This document shows positions 1 through 14,365 of a DNA stretch of 64,000 nt, piece after piece. Numbering within the stretch: the stretch's first letter is position 1; every line of letters starts with the position of its first letter. The stretch is from the human T2T-CHM13v2.0 reference genome, Homo sapiens: NCBI GenBank assembly GCA_009914755.4, contig CP086569.2:19968001-20032000 (forward strand). Direction: 5' to 3'. A model generated the notes under the pieces. That model made no database searches and was not told the DNA's origin. It saw nothing but the letters and a program-made list of their open reading frames with translations. The translations under genes and the position numbers were made by a program.

Positions 1-32
1 TGAGACCCCATCTCTTAAAAAAGAAAAAAAAA
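1..32 (+). repeat. 3' end of an Alu plus A-tail (the element starts upstream of the window)
   Basis: 'gagaccccatctc' followed by an A-rich tail is the Alu right-arm terminus. Confidence 0.5.
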
Positions 33-899
33 ATTGTCCAGAAAGAGACACTCCCATATATTGACAATGGATTTTTTGACAAGGATACAAGGCAACACAG
101 GGAAGAATGGATTCCATTTATATGAAGTTCTAGAAAATGTGAAGTACCCTAAAGGGACAGAAACCAAATTGGGATGGGAGAGGGCAATTTTGAAGGGGTC
201 CTAGGAAGCTTTGGTAGGGATAGATGCATTCATTGTCTTTATCTATAATGTATTCATACCCAAAATTTGTCAAAGTGTATACTTTAATTAAACTACAGTT
301 TATTACATGTCAATAATATCTGAATAAAGTTGTTGGAGGAAAAAGCAGCAGTTGCCAGGCTTCAAATGCCAAGCGAAACAGGAAGGAAGAAATAAAATTA
401 TTATTTAGGGCTTACATGTGCCACTCTGGCAGTTACTTTAATAGTCATTAGCTCATTTAATCCCTCGCAAAAGGCCGTGAGAGGAGATATAATCCCAATT
501 CTTAGAAGAAAACCAAAAGCAAGGAAAAATAAAGTAACTTACTCATGGTCATAGCTTATCACTAAGATTCAAAACCTTTCTACAAATCCTGCCCTATAGA
601 AAAAGGGTTGAAATGTGATCCATTATGTGACAGGCACACAAGGGGAAACACATACCCCAGATAACAGTGAGGTAAGCTTATCCAAGTCCAGGTCAATGTG
701 GATCGGTCTGAGGAGAGAGGCGTGAGTGACCACACTGAGGAGAGGCAGCCATGGGTGTTTTGTACACAGACTAAATGTATGTAGGGAATATTGGTTAACA
801 TGATAGACTTAGATGGGGAAAAAAAATTCTCTAAGAAATCTCATGAAAGCATAGGCACCAAAGCCTTCCATTCTACATCCTCAATCTAAAAGCATGACT

Positions 900-1045
900 G
901 CGGTTGCGTGCAGTGGCTCCTTCTTGCAATCCCAGCACTCTGGGAGGGCTAGGTGGGAGGATCATTTGAGCTCAGAAGCTGGAGTCCAGCCTGTGCTGGA
1001 CAGTCAGACACCATCTTTATTTTAAAAATAAAACATAAAAATAAA
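900..1045 (+). repeat. Free Alu monomer (FLAM/FRAM-like) with A-rich tail
   Basis: 'gcagtggctcc..aatcccagcactctgggagg..gagctcagaagctggagtccagcctg' then 'aaaataaaacataaaaataaa'. Confidence 0.6.
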
Positions 1046-1288
1046 GCACTATTGAACCTCCAAACTAGGTACTATCTGGAAATTCTAACAATTTCCCAAT
1101 CACACCGTTTGAGAAGCTGTGTGCAAAACCTAAAAGCCTGCTGCCCTCAAGTCCTGTGTGGTGTGGTGCTCTCATCTCCCTCAAGAATTCACAAAACAGT
1201 AAGAACTCACCAAGTTACCTGCAGTTCTGAAGGAGTTAACAGGAAGTGATTTTTGTTAGAGACTGCTGTAAGAAAAAGCTTCAGGTAA

Positions 1289-1695
<407 letters not shown>

Positions 1696-2912
1696 TCAAA
1701 GGATTTTTAAGCAAAGCAAGTTTATTTTTGCACAGAAGGGTGCCTCTGGTATGTCTGGTTGCCACGAGAGCACCCCAAACAAAGGAGAATAGAAGTTTTT
1801 ATTTTTAAGGCAACTTTTGTCTGCCTTTTTCCTACTGGCTGGGGTTGGACCACACAATCTAAACTAGGCTCAACTGGTTAAACATTTAAACTTTTTTAGA
1901 TAAGGTGGGCGCATGATGGGAGAGAGGGTGGAGGAGGAAGGGGTGGTTTATGACAAACTAGAGAGCCAGTCTTTTCCCAGATAAGGCAAGGAATGTGAGT
2001 TGGTGCTGATAATGCTACTGGTGCTGTGGCACGCCCGGGCAGGTAGTAAAGACAAGGAGAAGAAAAGGAGAAGAAAGGGCGGTGGGGTGGAGTTGGGGGC
2101 ATGTACTGGGAATTAAAAAATAAAAGGCTGAGCAGGCTGTTATGAAGAAAAACCTTGCCATATCTCACAACTCACATGCAACTCCTCACAACAAAGAAGA
2201 AACAGGAAAACATTCATCTAGCAATGTGTCTTAGGTCCTTACTCCAATTACAAGACCATGAACATCATGAGCGATGGCTACCACCTACACATGCAGCCCT
2301 GCCAAACACCACATGCTCATTTTATCTCCAGACAAATCTCGTCTCATAAAATGGGAAGCTGTCATACCCTCGGATCTCCTCCAGCGCTAATACTCAGGTG
2401 ACTACTTGGTAAAGGTGCTCTTCATTGAGCAGGAGAAACCATCAGGATTAGGGGCAGAAATGTAACATAGCAGCACATCTTAGGGTTCAGAGTCTGAGAG
2501 CAATTTCCTATCCTTCTTCTGAGACTGAAGCTCCTGTCAACACTGCCCAATAAACACTCACAGTACACAGCTAAGGATGGAAGCCAGAAGAGTAAGAGGC
2601 AAACAGGGATGCTAAGTTTGCACCCTCCTGTTCCAACCTGAGTATCATCTGTGTTTTTGTGTTTGTATGGATCTGGGGGAATGGTACCAAGATCTCTAAG
2701 GTGCAATATTAGAAGATCTGAACATTTACTAAGGGGAAGGGAAAGGGAGAAAGAAAACGATCTGACTCAACAATAAACCTAGGAATGAAAATAAGGAGGC
2801 TCACTGGCATTTGAAACAAAGCAGTAGCAAGGCCGGGCAGAAGCAGCCATGGCGGCACAATCAGGGACTAGCGTCACACGCACATCACACCCTTCTGATC
2901 CATTATATTTAT

Positions 2913-3070
2913 TTCCTTTTTTTTTTTTTGAGATGATGTCTTCTTCTGTCCCCTACGCTGGAGGGCAATGGCACAATCATGGGTCACCACAACTTCAACC
3001 TCCCATTCCACTGCGCCCAGCTTGTTCCATTTTAATCAAAAAATTAAAGAAAGAAAGAAAGAAAGAAAAA
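2913..3070 (-). repeat. Internally deleted Alu followed by an (AAAG)n microsatellite (3023-3070)
   Basis: T-run, 'gagatg..gctggagggcaatggcacaatc..cctcc..cactgcgcccagc', then 'aaagaaagaaagaaag'. Confidence 0.6.
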
Positions 3071-3984
3071 AACAATGGGTTAATGAGAGGAGCACTAATA
3101 AACTGAAATTGTGTTTATCACTTTCGGGAATAGTTCCTAACATTGCTGTTAGGTCACAGAGGATCTGGGCATAGCAAATGTGGCCCAGCTGCCTCGTCAG
3201 CAGCACACACAGGGCAGAGACCAGAGAAACACTCTCATTACCTTCAATGACCCATTTTTTACAGCCAGGGTCCAAGAAACAGAAATGCACATACAAGCTA
3301 TGACCCTAATAAAGACTCAGACTCAACACTGAAAAAGAAGGAAAACCAAATTGGAGTTGGTTTTTCTTTTAATGCCCTTCAAATCTATAAATAGGATGTC
3401 TATTGTGTGGACATCCCAATCCACATAATTCTTAGGAAAAAAAAGTTCCCTCTGTGGTTAAGCAACCTGATGTCTCCATACCACACCTGAACATTCTCCC
3501 TCATCCCACCTGTTAATTCACAATGTTCCAAAGAGAATGGATCTCAGGATCTCAAAGACCCACTGCCCCCAAGAAGCAACCTGGACATTCCACTGACATA
3601 AGCAATTGAGCATCATCACATGAATGTGTCTTTTTCATCCCCCAACAGTCACCCCCCAGTGCGAAGCTATCTCTGGAGGCCATCTTCTCTCCTCCAGCAG
3701 CTGGCTGTGCGCAGTTCTCCTGCACAGGTATCACCTGCACCACTGAAGCAGCCAGCAGCTTCTTCTTTTGACATTTCTCATCAGGGCTTTACATGCAAAT
3801 TCCTTACTCCCATGACTAACATCAAAGAACCACACCTTAACAGAATGAAACTTTGATTATTCCTAAATTTCTCAAGGATGAGGTAATCTGGAAGTTAAAC
3901 ATTCTTGCACTGAGTTGTCCTCACTTGGGATGGCCTTCTAGGCCTGTCACTTGTTCGAGTACGTAAATAATGACCCAACACTTT

Positions 3985-4090
3985 TCTTTTCTTTTTTTTT
4001 TTTTTTTTTTTTTGAGACCGTCTCACTCTGTCACTAGAGTACAGTGTCATCATCTCAGCTCACTGCAACTTCAACTTTTGGGGCTCAAGA
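3985..4090 (-). repeat. Truncated Alu fragment with poly-T
   Basis: T-run then 'gagaccgtctcactctgtcactagagtacagtg..ctcagctcactgcaac'. Confidence 0.6.
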
Positions 4091-4335
4091 CCCCACACCT
4101 TTGGTAAATCTGTGAGCAGTGGTTCTCCTGTTTACAGGGGCAGCAGTCCCATCAGTAGTAACTCCTGCTACGCCACCCCCCCGCATCCCCCCTCAGGACA
4201 GCCCAAAACAGTCCCTGAAGATTCAGGTGACAGATAACTGACTCCAAGAGTGCAGCATCACTAGAAAAACATTACTTACAAGGAAGGTTTGCCCCCTAGA
4301 TAAAACAAACGTGACCTGATATAAAAAATATCTTA

Positions 4336-4482
4336 AGGCCAGGAGCAGTGGCTCACACCTGTAATCCCAACAGTTTGGGAGACCAAGGTAGGAAGACAGC
4401 TTGAGCACAGGAGTTTCAGACCAGCTTGGACAAAATAGCAAGACCCCATCTCTATAAATAAAAAGAGGAGACTCTGATAATA
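4336..4482 (+). repeat. Alu left-monomer fragment
   Basis: 'ggccaggagcagtggctcacacctgtaatcccaacagtttgggag..gaccccatctctataaataaaaag'. Confidence 0.7.
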
Positions 4483-4730
4483 AAAAAGGCGGCAAGATTA
4501 TTAAACCTGACAGCCCAGGAGGGGTTGATTTCAGCCCCAGCTATGAACACTTTGAAACTAAATAGCCTTTCTTAGCCCATTAATCTTAAATTATTTATAT
4601 GAAACCTGATTCACTGAAAGCAGAGCCCTCAAAAGCATCCTTGTGAGGAGATTATACAGCAAATAAAAACAAATGAACCCCTGGATGACAAAGAAACAAC
4701 AAGCCATTTTTAGGATAGGTAAGGAGAGGT

Positions 4731-5040
4731 GGCCAGGCGTAGTGGCTAACACTGTACTCCCAACCCTCTGGGAGGCAGTAGGGAGGATTGCTTAGCCCAG
4801 GATTTTGAGACCAGCCTGGGTAACATAGTGAGACCCCAGCTCTACAAAAAAACAAACAAAGACACAAGTTGCCTGGTGTGGTGGCACACACCTGTGGTCC
4901 GAGCTACTCAGGTGCCTGAGGAAGGACGATTTCCCCAGCCTGGGAGGTCAAGGTTGCAGTGAGCCACGATCGTGCCAGTGTACTCCAGCCTGGGCGACAT
5001 GGCAAGACACTGTCTCAGAAAAAATAAATAAATAAAATGA
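4731..5040 (+). mobile_element. Full-length Alu (AluS-like) with A-rich tail
   Basis: Dimeric Alu from 'ggccaggcgtagtggct' to 'gacactgtctcagaaaaaataaataaataaaa'. Confidence 0.9.
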
Positions 5041-6611
5041 AGGAGAGGCCTAGCTGACCTGTCTGATGTCAGGCCCTGAGAGATACTTTCAATGAGCCCT
5101 TGGCTCCTACTGGCACAATAATCAGTGAGCTAGAGAAACACCAGAGTAAAGGTCACCCAGGCCCTCCTGGATCTCGATAGCAAATCCAGTGCAGTCTAAC
5201 ACTCAAAAAGGAAACCGTGACTGGAGCAGCACTGTGGCAATGCCACAATTGTAAAACAAATTATCTCCCTCAAGATAACACCTGAAAAAGTAAAATGTTC
5301 CCATATGAGGGAAGGGCTAGTTAAGAAAAGGACTCAGCATAACTGTGGAGGGCTTATGTAAAAATAAACACAAAGAAAGTTTGCCACACAGGGCCCTTCT
5401 GTACCCGGAAGCAACTCCCTTTACGTGCACCTGGACCTGAGCACACTGCAGGGCAATGAGCCATCCAAAACATTTACTTCTGGTCTCCATTCATCTCTGT
5501 ATCTGCAGTTAAGCCAAAGCGTAATTTAGGGCACTGATAGAAACACTGCCACTGGAGACAGCCATCCAATGGAAGGCTCCCTAACAGGGGCCCAGTGCTG
5601 CTGCCCCACACGCAGACCACAGAGGCTCACATCCAGAATGAAGACTGCATACTACCCACTTGAGACAACTCTCCAACACTCACATTTGTTCATAAGCTTG
5701 GCACAAGTTTAACACATTAAATGTTTATTGTATAAAATATTAAGTATTTTCTGTCAGGTATTACTGCCTTCTCAGACCATAAGCCTTTGTAAAAATCAGA
5801 ACTTTTCAGACTTCCAAACAAAGTTTCAACCTAATATTAACTAGGTATCTATTAATATGCACATAGAAGTATTAGGAGATATAAAACAAAAACAAGTCCA
5901 AGGTGAGCCTAGCCATGCATTTGGGCAAACAGAATCCATATTCTTCCTTCTATACTGCTTCTACCAGCAGGCTTCTACCTTCAAAATCTCTAATCCCCTT
6001 CTATTTTGACCCAAAACTACTATCTTGGCCCACACTTTATTGTCTTGACAAAAATCTATGAGAGCAAATACCAGTCTGTCTTAGACAATAGAGCTATTTA
6101 GGAAACACATCTGTTGAGCTGATCAGAGCCAGCAGCTACACAACTGACTAACACAAGGCTCACTCCTGAGCTCTGCCCATCACACTTCCCCACATAACCA
6201 TTTCCTTTCCTGAACCAAGATGCCCACTTCTCCCTCCAGAATGTATGCAAATGACACCAGTGACATCCACATCTGTCAAATGTTTCCAGGGCAGAGAATG
6301 GAGTGTGACATACAGTAGGCACAAAATAAACACCACCTAGCTTCTGCTCCACTGCCCTGTTCCCCATTCCTGCTTTATTTTCTGTCTCCTTTCCTCTATC
6401 CTTTCAAGAGCCACTCCCCTAACTAAAGTTTTCCCAATTCCCTCCACTGGGAATCAATTCATTTTCTCTTTTTCCAAGTTTTTTTTTTTTGTGAATACCT
6501 GTTAACAAACACCACTAAGTCTTCACAACTTGCTTACTCAGTCTGCTTTCCAAGTCCCCTCCCTGTTTCAAGTTTCTCCAGATTCTCTTGTAAGGATCTT
6601 CTTAAGGTTGG

Positions 6612-6866
6612 ACATGATGCCTCATGTCTGTAATCCCAGCACTTTGGGATGCTGAGGAGGGAGGTTCACTAGCAGTCAGGAGTTCAAAACCAGCCTAAGA
6701 AACATACGAAGACCCCCATCTCTATAAAACATATTTTAAATTAGCCTGGTGTGGTGGCACCTGCCTGTAGGCCTAACCACTTGGGAGGCTAAGACAGGAC
6801 AATCACTTGAGCCCAGGATCTCAGGGCTGCAGTGACCCATGATCATGCCACTGCAGACAATTTTTA
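6612..6866 (+). mobile_element. Alu, 3'-truncated
   Basis: 'gcctcatgtctgtaatcccagcactttggga ... cagggctgcagtgacccatgatcatgccactgcag'. Confidence 0.85.
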
Positions 6867-7140
6867 CTTCTATAGAAGGATGCAAGTTGCAGATGGAGTA
6901 ATGGTGACAGCACACCTGGATGAGGGAGGGGAAGCAGTTTTTATTCCTGATACAGGTAGCCCCTACTGCTGTGTAATGCCCTATTGGCTAGGGTGGGACT
7001 GCACATAGTCTAAGCTAATTCCGATTGGCTATTTTAAAGAGAGCAGGGGTATGAGCCGGAGTGGCAGGCTGGGTAGTTTAGTGGGAAGGGTGGTTACAGA
7101 ATAGGTGACTCAGAATGAAAAAAATAAAAAAAAAAAAAAG
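6867..7140 (+). other. Unclassified ~270-bp segment ending in poly(A)
   Basis: Follows a truncated Alu without a tail. Contains 'ccctattggctagggtggg' and 'ccgattggct', and ends 'aaaaaaataaaaaaaaaaaaaag'. Possibly a retroposed fragment or SVA-like composite. Confidence 0.3.
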
Positions 7141-7987
7141 CACATCTTCCATTAAATCTCCCAGGTCACAGAGCCCTTCTCACCTATGATATATTATATC
7201 CTTTTTCACAGGAACCAGTACTTACTTCAAGTTTTAGTCAACTGAATGCATCTTTCTCCCAGTCAAAGCAGGGCCTGGGTCTGCACCATCTTTGTGTTTC
7301 CTAAAACACATCAGAAAAAGCTAAGTTTGTCTAGTTTTAGAAGTCTTCCATAAAACATGTAACTCATTCAAGTTGAAAAAAGACACAAAGCTGTTCTCCC
7401 ACAATGGAGTGCATCCCATTGGGAAGAGCAGACAGGTAAGCTAGAAGTCAGCCACACAGTGTTTTACAATGGTGCCAAATGTGTGAATGGTCACAAAGAC
7501 ATAAAAAATAAGCACTGCCCTCATCAAAACTGCCAAAGTCATGAAAAACAAGGAAACACTGAGAAATAGTTACATACAAGAGACTAAGTAGACATGACAA
7601 CTAAAGGCAACGTGGGATCCTGGATGGGATCCTGGGACAGCAAGGGAACATTATTGGAAAAATCTCCAGCTTGCTCAGTAGTCCCCCAACAATGCCACAC
7701 TACTCTGGCCACATGGACTCTGGTGAACCAACTCAAAGCACTGCAGCCAGGTGCACGACCCTGCTCCAATCATACATGTGATGACAGGGTCCCAGTGTGG
7801 GAAGGAGAAGAATGTCCCAGTGGGTCCGTGTCCTTTCTCTGAAACCTGTGAATATCTTAGGTTGCATGGAAAAGGAAATTAAGGTTACTAATCAGCAGAG
7901 AGGGAGATGATCCTGCATTGTTCAGATGGGCCCAATGTAATCACAAGTCAAGACTAAGATTCCACTTGTAATCACAAGAGGAAGAGG

Positions 7988-8152
7988 GGCCAGGCACAGT
8001 GGTTCCATGCCTGTAATTCCAGCACCATCGGGGGGCTGAGGCAGAGGGACTGATTGAGACCAGGAGGCCAAGGCTGCAGTGAGCCTTGATTGTGCCACTG
8101 CACTTCAGCCTGGGCAACACAGCCAAGAACCTGTTTCCAAAAAAAAGGGGAC
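7988..8152 (+). repeat. Alu with internal deletion
   Basis: 'ggccaggcacagtggttccatgcctgtaattccagcac...gccactgcacttcagcctgggcaacacag...aaaaaaaa'. Confidence 0.8.
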
Positions 8153-9651
8153 CAGGGCAGCAGAAGAGTCAGAGAGATGCCATGAGGCTGGCTTTGAAGA
8201 TTGCAGCACTACAGGCCACAGAAAGCAGGCAGCGTCTGGAACATGGAAAAGGAAAGAAAGAGATTCCCCACTGGAGCCTCCAGAAGGAACCAGCCCTACC
8301 CACACCTTAATTTTAGCCCAGGCAGATCACATTAGGCTTCTAATCAGCAGAACTATAAAACAATACATCTAAGTGTATGGCGGTTTGTTACAGCATCACC
8401 AGAAAACCAACACAGGCAGCACTGATAAAAGTGCCAGTGCTTCTCCAACGGCTGGGAGCTGTTTCCCTTCTACCTTCCGTATCTCCCACGTCACTGCTGC
8501 TTACACACCCTCCATCTGCCTTCGTCTCATCCCCCTGAACCAATGTATTTATGGACTTAGAAGAAAGCTATTAAGGAAAAGGAGAAGGTGTAGGTTAAAT
8601 TCTAAGAGATATTTTCTCCTCAACTCCCGAAAACTTCACTGTGCCATTAGCCTCAACTTAAATGTCCCTCTTTACAAAAGTAATACAAAGTTTCAGCATC
8701 ATCTTTTTAAAAAAGCCAGTCATCTGATAAGAACCCAAGTTTAGTAGAATCAGATCTAATCACTTTGCCAAAGAAACATAAAATTTGAATGTAAATTTCA
8801 CTAAGGTTACATCTGTTTAGCATTATCTAAACTATTAAGTGAAAGTACATAGCACTTTTCTGAGTTTCATACTAAAAGATAAAGGATACAATTCAAATAT
8901 ACCTCTCTTATGTTAGGGGAAAAAATACCTATAAGAAAATGTTCTGATTGTTAGCATATTAATATATTATGCTCTAAAGAACTTCAAATTTCAGATAGAC
9001 TATTCTCAAGGTAACAAAAAATATCTATGTATGTAATTTAAATAAATAACCAGCCAAACATACAATTCTAGTAAAGAAATATGCACAAAGTCTAAAAATT
9101 CCTTCAAATTAGAATCAACTGTGGGGTTGTGGAATACTAATACAAGTTCTCAAGACATTATTCAGCCTCCTAAAAGCTGGATTTTTTTCTTTGTCACCAC
9201 CTAAAAAGGCAAGGTTTATTCAGTGCTCTGCACATCCTTTAATTAGCCAGACATCTTGGTAATAATAACTTTTTAAAAGTTAAGCCTTTCAAGAGTGGTG
9301 CTTTGGGGTTTTTTGTTTGTTTTACTTTTATTTCTTGTTTTGTATCTGTAAAACCACATTTAGAAACATGGTAGAATACTAACAAAGCTTGATATCTTAA
9401 GAGTAAAATACAGTCCCTCACTGCTTCTTACTCTCTCCTATTTTAGGTAAGTTTAAACAATATAGCCATAACAATCTTAAGTTTACATCATCATCCAGAA
9501 TTAAATCAAAATCTTCTTTGATTGTGCCAGTGTGAAAGCAGGACATAAGCTAATCCCAACTCTGGTAAAACCTCAGGAATCAAGCACCCTACACAATCTT
9601 CCCATTGCTTAGAATGACTGCATTCATTATTTCAGGACATTAGCAACCTAA

Positions 9652-10041
<390 letters not shown>

Positions 10042-11249
10042 TAATGTTACATGAAAAATAACCTCTGATATGACAAACTTATTAAGCATTTACAATAGAA
10101 TTTCAATTTCATCCATTCTTAAAAGTCACATTTTTTAGAGTTAAGTAATGAGGGGGAAAGTTTCATAATTTTACCATGACAGAAAAAATTTTCATAGAAG
10201 TGATCAGAAATGTTTTGCATTGAGAAAAAGCCAACATTTTCAAATAAAGAGTGGGTGCACAGTGGTTGCTGTGTAAGTGGAAAAAAAAGGGGACCTACCG
10301 ATTTTTCAGGATAATAAATAATTCAATACACAAATGCCAAGAACAAGCCTGGAAACAGGTCTCACGCTCCGCCAGCCACAGGGACACTATAACTAAGACA
10401 GCAGCACCCACACAGCCACTTCAACCTTGACCTCTAAGAGGAAAGAGAAAAAGCAGGTGTGGGGCATCCCAGAAGATGGGATTTTCAGTCAACAAGATTT
10501 GGCTCTTTCAGCGCTTGAAAAATCTCAGCCATTACTGACAGGATGGCTTACTTTTATTTTCACACTGAAAATGTGCTTTTAACTCTTTATTCACAGAACC
10601 AGTTTTCGAACTACAAGGTAAGATTTCTTAGACCTAGAACAGTGTCTGAATGTTTTCAACCACAAGCAACCAGTTTCCCTCCACCAAATATCCTTGCCTC
10701 TTACTATAAAGCCAAAAAATGAAAACAAGTCTCGATCTCCTAAATATACTCATAGTCTTTTCAAAAGCCATTTTTCACCAATTAAGTTTCATTTAAAAAG
10801 ACACTTTGAAAACATAAACATGGGAAAATCAATAAGGCACACCTCTATTTTGTTGTATTTCCCTCAAAAGAAAATATTTTTTTCTTCATTAAAATGCAAA
10901 AATTTTCACATGACTCCACTTGTTCAGCTACATTTGGCCGGAAGGTACTCAAAGTTACAAATGAAACATTAAATTCTCATAAACAGCAGCAGCCAAAACT
11001 GATTTCAACCCATCCCTTACAGCATCTGAAATCCTGATGGAAAGGATGATGAAATTAGAATAAAAACAGCTTATGGCCTTCTACTTTGGCCTAAAAACCA
11101 GTCTTACTAAAACTGCTTTCACAGAAAGCATTTACTTCCCACAAAGACAACATTCCTTTTAATTATGTTTATCTCTTCTGCCAATTTTGAAAACTGTGTT
11201 CCCACCTTTATGTAAATTATAAAAGCAAACCTGTAATGAAAACAAATGG

Positions 11250-11325
11250 GAGCCACGCATGGTGGCTCACGCCTATAATGCCAACACTTTAGGAGGCTGA
11301 GGCAAGCCCAGAAGTTTGAGGCCTA
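11250..11325 (+). repeat. Alu 5' fragment
   Basis: 'gccacgcatggtggctcacgcctataatgccaacactttaggaggctgaggc'. Confidence 0.6.
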
Positions 11326-11344
11326 TGAAACATAAGGAGACTCC

Positions 11345-11662
11345 ATTTCTTTTTTTATTTTTATTTTTTGTTTGTTTTTTTGAGACTGAGTCTTGCTCTG
11401 TCACCGTGGCTGGAACGCAGTGGCACAATCTCGACTCACTGTAACCTCCACCTCCCAGGTAAGCAATTCTCCAACCTCAGCCTCCCGAGTAGCTGGGATT
11501 ACAGGCACATGCCACCATGCCTAGCTAATTTTTGTATTTTTTTAGTTGAGATGGGGTTTCGCCTTGTTGGCCAGGCTGGTCTCGAACTCCTGACCTTGTG
11601 ATCCACCCACCTCGGGCTTCCAAAGTGCTGGGATTACAGGCATGAGCCACTGCACTAGGCCA
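11345..11662 (-). mobile_element. Full-length Alu
   Basis: T-run, 'gagactgagtcttgctctgtcaccgtggctggaacgcagtggc ... gattacaggcatgagccactgcactaggcc'. Confidence 0.9.
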
Positions 11663-11689
11663 GGAGACCCCGTTTCTAAAAAAATAAAA

Positions 11690-11862
11690 GTAAATTAGCT
11701 GGACATGGTGGCACATGCCTGTGGTCCCAGCCACCCAGGAGTCTGAGGTGGGAGGATCGCTTCAGCCCGGGAAGTCAAGGCTGTAGGGAACCATGTTCAC
11801 GCCACTGCACTCCATAGTGAGCCACACAGTGAGATCCTGTCTCAAAAAAAAAAAAAAAAAAA
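11690..11862 (+). repeat. Alu right-arm fragment with A-tail
   Basis: 'aaattagctggacatggtggcacatgcctgtggtcccagc ... cactgcactcca..gtctcaaaaaaaaaaaaaaaaaa'. Confidence 0.75.
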
Positions 11863-12264
11863 GGCTTGCTAAATGCTAAAATCAAGTGATATTAAACTAA
11901 GACCCAAAGGCTGAGTAACAGTTATCTTGGAGTTGTGATGGAGGCATCTGCATGGGAGACAGCGATAGATATGTCAAAGCCATGCCAAAAACTATGGTAC
12001 CTGGCTCAACTGAGGAAAGGAAAGGCCAAGGCAGCCAGAATGACGCAGGATCCGACTGGAGGCCTGAGGCGGGGTAAAAGAATGAGGCATGTATTCAGAA
12101 TTAGGCCACAATCATCATTTGGGATGTTATTAAAAAAAATAACATCTGAAGTTCTGCCTTATACATACATAAAACAATATAAGCTGAATCTGACTCTAGG
12201 TTAAGAGATGCCATGAAAAAGGTTTCTCAAACAAATAAAAGCCACTTAATAATAGAACCCCTGG

Positions 12265-12500
12265 GCCGGATGTAGTGGTTCCTGCCTGTAATCCCAGTAA
12301 CATGGGAGGCTGAGGTGGGCAGCTCACTTGAGCCCAGGAGTACAAGACCAGCCTGGGCAACATAGAGACCCTGTCTCTATATTACGAAAAGCAAGAGGCA
12401 GGAGAATCACTTGAACATGGGAGGCAGAGGTTGCAGCGAGCCGAGGTTGCAGCACTCCAGCTGGGTGACATAATGAGACTCCATCTCAAAAACAAATGAA
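12265..12500 (+). mobile_element. Alu
   Basis: 'gggccggatgtagtggttcctgcctgtaatcccag ... ccatctcaaaaacaaatgaac'. Confidence 0.85.
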
Positions 12501-12597
12501 CAAATAATACACAATAAAATAATAGAAACGTCTATCAAAATTAATGAAGTGATCATTAAAGTGGATCATGTTCTAAGGCTAAAATGGCTTCTATGGG

Positions 12598-12880
<283 letters not shown>

Positions 12881-14175
12881 TAAGGCAATTATTTAGTTGC
12901 CTGAGTTCCAAGAGCTGAAGATTGACACCTTCTTTCATATGGTTTTACGATAAAAGCTAGAAAGTTGAATTGCACAGACATTCCATTTAAAATTTAAATT
13001 AAAAAAACACACACTGAAAACATTTCAACATTTCAAAACAGTAACTTTTAGTTATTTGAATTCATTCAATTTTTCTATAAAGTTTACCAAACGGGTCACA
13101 ATTCCTACAGAACACTGACTACACAGCAATTTAAATAAGTTGATACAACATGCTGTTAGATAAGCAATGTATCTTCACCTATTCACTAGCAAATACCTTG
13201 CTATTAAATAACACTCATCCACTACACTTACCATTTGACCGATGAAGAGACTTATACAAGGTAATGGACAGACCTAAACACTTATTTTGGCAACCAAATG
13301 TAGATTATTTTCTGAACCAGCATTTACTGATACTCTCTCTGTTATTTAATGGATGATGGGCTCATTGCCCATATGCAAAGTAAATTTCCTCTTACATTTG
13401 ATGAACCATTAATTTTACTATGTAAAACACCAAAGTACCAGTTGCAAAGTAATATTACAGGACTTGCTCAATCACTCTCAAAAGACACTAACAGAACTCT
13501 AAGTATTCCACGCAGCCAACATTTAATAAAAGAAATCAAGAGCTCAGAGACGCCAAATAAAATCTCAGGGTCTCTGATTTTGAACTATCCTAGTTATGCC
13601 ATTAATGGCATTTGCACACAACAAAAATAGTAACTGTTTCAATAGTACTTTTTCCACAAGCAATATCATCTTACATGTTGGCTGAATAAGTCTCATTGCC
13701 TCAAAAAGGATCAAAAGATTCTAAGTTTTGCAGTTCAACAATTGTGAACAATTTTATTTCTCATTTCAAGTGTAAAGGATATTGCTCAAATCACCGCATG
13801 AAACTCTCTCCTCATGTAAGAAAGCCTGAAATCTGATTTCTCTACCAAAAAAAAAAAAAAAATCCAGTTCTTGCAAATGGATACAAAACTACTCATAACC
13901 TGCAAAAACCATGAAACCTAAGCATGTTACATCTTAACTGTTATAAGAAAAATAGTTAAAGCAAAGGGAGCTGTCAGAGAATCTTCATTTTCCCAGTGTC
14001 TTCCAAAACTTCTTGGAACTCGTATACAAGAATACCTTTCAAAAACACAACAGAAGCAGAAAACGTCAATCGGGCACCAGGAAAAGAGCAGGCCTAGAGA
14101 AAAACCTAGACTCCCCTGCCACCGACCTTCCCAAATGACACAGATACAAGCGTTAACAGCACAATCCCTCTGAGA

Positions 14176-14365
14176 GGGGATTGAAACAATGTGGCAGGTA
14201 CGGACACACACACATACACACACACAGGACTGAATCAATGTGGCAGGGACACACACACACAAGACTGAATCCATGTGGCAGGGACACACACACGACTGAA
14301 TGTGGCAGGGACACACACACACACAGAATCCAAGTGGCAGGGACACACATACACACACTCTCACA
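14176..14365. repeat. ~35-bp minisatellite, five imperfect tandem copies, each with a (CA)n core
   Basis: Repeated unit 'gactgaatc(c/a)atgtggcagggacacacacacaca' read directly from the sequence. Confidence 0.85.

Noticed and set aside
8079-8744. ORFs of 97, 74 and 123 aa around 8079-8744
   Set aside because: The first two overlap an Alu and its flank. The third has no start context, no splice signals and a low-complexity translation. No support as an exon.
14176-14365. Regularly spaced direct repeats considered as a CRISPR-like array
   Set aside because: This is a eukaryotic minisatellite with CA-microsatellite cores and no unique spacers, in a human genomic context. It is not CRISPR.
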